From Gammaproteobacteria bacterium (GTDB lineage Bacteria > Pseudomonadota > Gammaproteobacteria > Eutrophobiales > Eutrophobiaceae): 64,000 nucleotides of DNA. Where the stretch lies: assembly GCA_965221695.1 (NCBI GenBank), contig OZ244905.1, forward strand, positions 2,240,001-2,304,000. The letters are read 5' to 3'. Position 1 is the first letter of the stretch. The number at the start of each line of letters is the position of its first letter. The translations under genes were made by a program, and so were the position numbers. The notes below the pieces were generated by a model, which worked only from the letters and a program-made list of their open reading frames with translations, was not told the origin of the DNA and made no database searches. Shown here one piece after another: positions 61,228 to 64,000 of the stretch.

Positions 61228-61716
61228 GTGATGAAAGAGCGAATTAAGTGTATGTTTGATACTGTCATCTTCAACAGGATTGTTGAGAATGATATATCTG
61301 TCGAGTCATTGAATGAATGCGTTGAGGTATTTGCTACTTATGTCCAGCGTAGAGAGATCAATGATGAGAGAATGAAGGATAAAGAGAAACAGGCAAAGCT
61401 AAATCGAATTTTCAATTCTCTTGTCTCGGAAGAGCATTATATTTCAACCGAATCAACACTGTGGGATTACACGCCCTGGGACAAGGGAAAATGGACTGAC
61501 CCGGATGACAACTCTCGTCCAATTAGGAATGATCTGGACAATGAAAAAAAGAAAGAAAATAACTTTAAGGATGCATTAATCGCAGAAACCGCAAAAAAGA
61601 ATGACCTCATTCTTGTCACTGAAGATATCCCTTTGGAAAATGCTGCGCCAAATCATGGCGTAAAGTGCATGTCATTCGATCAATTGTTACTACATTGTAA
61701 GATCTTTACCCCTTGA
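61228..61716 (+). CDS. PIN-domain protein
   Basis: MFDT, conserved E, DALIAETA, LVTED acidic pattern; AT-rich. Confidence 0.75.
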   Translation: MMKERIKCMFDTVIFNRIVENDISVESLNECVEVFATYVQRREINDERMKDKEKQAKLNRIFNSLVSEEHYISTESTLWDYTPWDKGKWTDPDDNSRPIRNDLDNEKKKENNFKDALIAETAKKNDLILVTEDIPLENAAPNHGVKCMSFDQLLLHCKIFTP

Positions 61717-61798
61717 GACAACACAAATAATATGTAGTATTGCTTGTAAAGAGTCCTGAATAAGGTCTATGCCGTTGGCCAATGTAGTGGCGCAGACA

Positions 61799-62026
61799 AT
61801 GAACTATCAAGATTTCATTACCATCGAACCAGGTAAGCGCGGTGGTAAGCCGTGTATCCGTTCCATGCGGATCACAGTCTATGATGTGCTGGATTGGTTG
61901 GCGACGGGCATGAGCGAAGTAGAGATTCTGGACGATTTTCCGGAGCTGACCCAGGATGATATCAGGGCCTGTCTTGCCTTTGCAGCCGACCGTGAACACC
62001 AGTTATCTACGATAGCGTCCACTTGA
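61799..62026 (+). CDS. DUF433 antitoxin
   Basis: ITIEPGKRGGKPCIR.MRITVYDVL..LA.GMS..EIL.DFPEL..DIRACL. Confidence 0.92.
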   Translation: MNYQDFITIEPGKRGGKPCIRSMRITVYDVLDWLATGMSEVEILDDFPELTQDDIRACLAFAADREHQLSTIAST

Positions 62027-62100
62027 AGCTGCTCTTGGACCAGATCCTGTCGTACCGGTTGCTGGACAAGATCGAGTCCGTCTACCCCGGATCGGCGTAA
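62023..62100 (+). pseudogene. truncated DUF5615 PIN-like toxin
   Basis: TTG start overlapping the DUF433 stop; MKLLLDQILSYRLLDKIESVYPGSA*. Confidence 0.75.
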
Positions 62101-62252
62101 CTCAGATTACTCGAACACATAAATTGAATTCGAGTCGGGACTGGATTTATACTTATACTCACCTTAAGGCGGAAGCTGGCCAACTCAATACTCTTTTTCT
62201 ATGCGTACTTGCAGCTTATTCTGGCTTCAGTCAATTGTTGCAACAACCCTGG

Positions 62253-62393
62253 TGCGTATTCCGGTTGATCGTGAACGCGGATTCTGGCTTATCGTGAACA
62301 CTGATTCCGGTTGAACGTGAACACTTTCCGGGTAAGACCGGAATCGGTGTTCACCATCCCGGAATCCGCGTTTACGATCAACCGGAATACGCA
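62253..62393. mobile_element. MITE with IS21-family-type ends
   Basis: TG...CA termini, ~32-bp inverted repeat with 1 mismatch, internal 23-bp direct repeats. Confidence 0.75.
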
Positions 62394-62394
62394 G

Positions 62395-62502
62395 TTGGGT
62401 TCAGCGTGACCGGGGCGGCTCACAGACTCGGTATAAGCCGCAAACAACTGTCAGATGTTGTCAACTGCCGCTCGGAAATCTCTCCTGAGATGGCGTTGTA
62501 AA
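62395..62502 (+). pseudogene. HigA (VapI-type) antitoxin fragment
   Basis: LGFSVTGAAHRLGISRKQLSDVVNCRSEISPEMAL*. Confidence 0.7.
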
Positions 62503-62556
62503 AAAACTTGATTTAAATTCAAAAAATTAAAAATTCAGATCATCAGAGGGAATAAA

Positions 62557-62751
62557 ATGATTTGCATTAAAACAGATATTCCGCAAGAGATTTGCGATAT
62601 TGATGATGAGTTAAAAGCAATCTATCACAGCAGAGATACAGTTTGTATTTGGGTGTTTAAAACTAGGGAAGATAGAAACAGATTCATGGATGAGACAGTT
62701 GGAATGCTTAAAGATGATAGAGAGAAACACTTTGAATCATTTTATGTCTAG
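62557..62751 (+). CDS. small acidic hypothetical protein
   Basis: AT-rich ORF with a GAGGG RBS and protein-like composition. Confidence 0.6.
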   Translation: MICIKTDIPQEICDIDDELKAIYHSRDTVCIWVFKTREDRNRFMDETVGMLKDDREKHFESFYV

Positions 62752-62929
62752 AATGTTGCACATTGTGTAGGTTTCGGAATTGGTTTGATTATGTCTAGAA
62801 GTCACAACTTGATCTGGCACTTCACTTGCAAAAGTGAGGGTTACAGGATTATTTGGGAACAAAAAGCGTTTCGTGTGCTTGAACCGCCCCGGATTTGCCG
62901 GAGGCTCCATTTCTTGAGAGGATGGAGCA

Positions 62930-64000
<1,071 letters not shown>

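Noticed and set aside
62253-62393. CRISPR array or plasmid iterons
   Set aside because: The repeats abut without spacers and are mirrored between TG...CA ends, which fits IS21-type termini

Overview
This is chromosomal DNA from a Gammaproteobacterium, roughly 55-60% GC by eye. The lineage is inferred from gene content and order. The Na+-coupled transporters and abundant small repeats would fit a marine or host-associated organism. From left to right the window holds: an LPS-type glycosyltransferase cluster with ilvE, pyrF and a rhodanese; mnmE-yidC-yidD-rnpA-rpmH divergent from dnaA; a complete Pho regulon (OprO/P porin, phoBR, pstSCAB, phoU) directly after dnaA where dnaN normally sits; a small accessory patch (11-residue-repeat coiled coil, orphan HigA2-like antitoxin, SixA fragment); djlA, nhaD, trmH, fxsA; dsbD-tlpA-aroQ-accBC-DUF3426-fis-purHD; an HU-like gene; hisBH; hemF; dtd-rpiA; ilvA; 6S RNA-zapA; pepP; a single-ORF UbiH-UbiI fusion; glnS-purC-rhomboid; madLM-matB; a TonB receptor / exported amidohydrolase / FeaR-like AraC module; and a terminal hotspot of toxin-antitoxin and defence remnants, an IS21-type MITE and an IS3 cut by the window edge. 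The most unusual observations are three. First, the UbiH-UbiI fusion keeps a fossil stop/RBS/start in another frame. Second, a translationally coupled ORF is built from diverged tandem copies of a glycosyltransferase C-terminal helix. Third, toxins are repeatedly truncated while their antitoxins stay intact. No CRISPR array, rRNA or tRNA was recognised. All calls come from motif recognition by eye, with no database searches.
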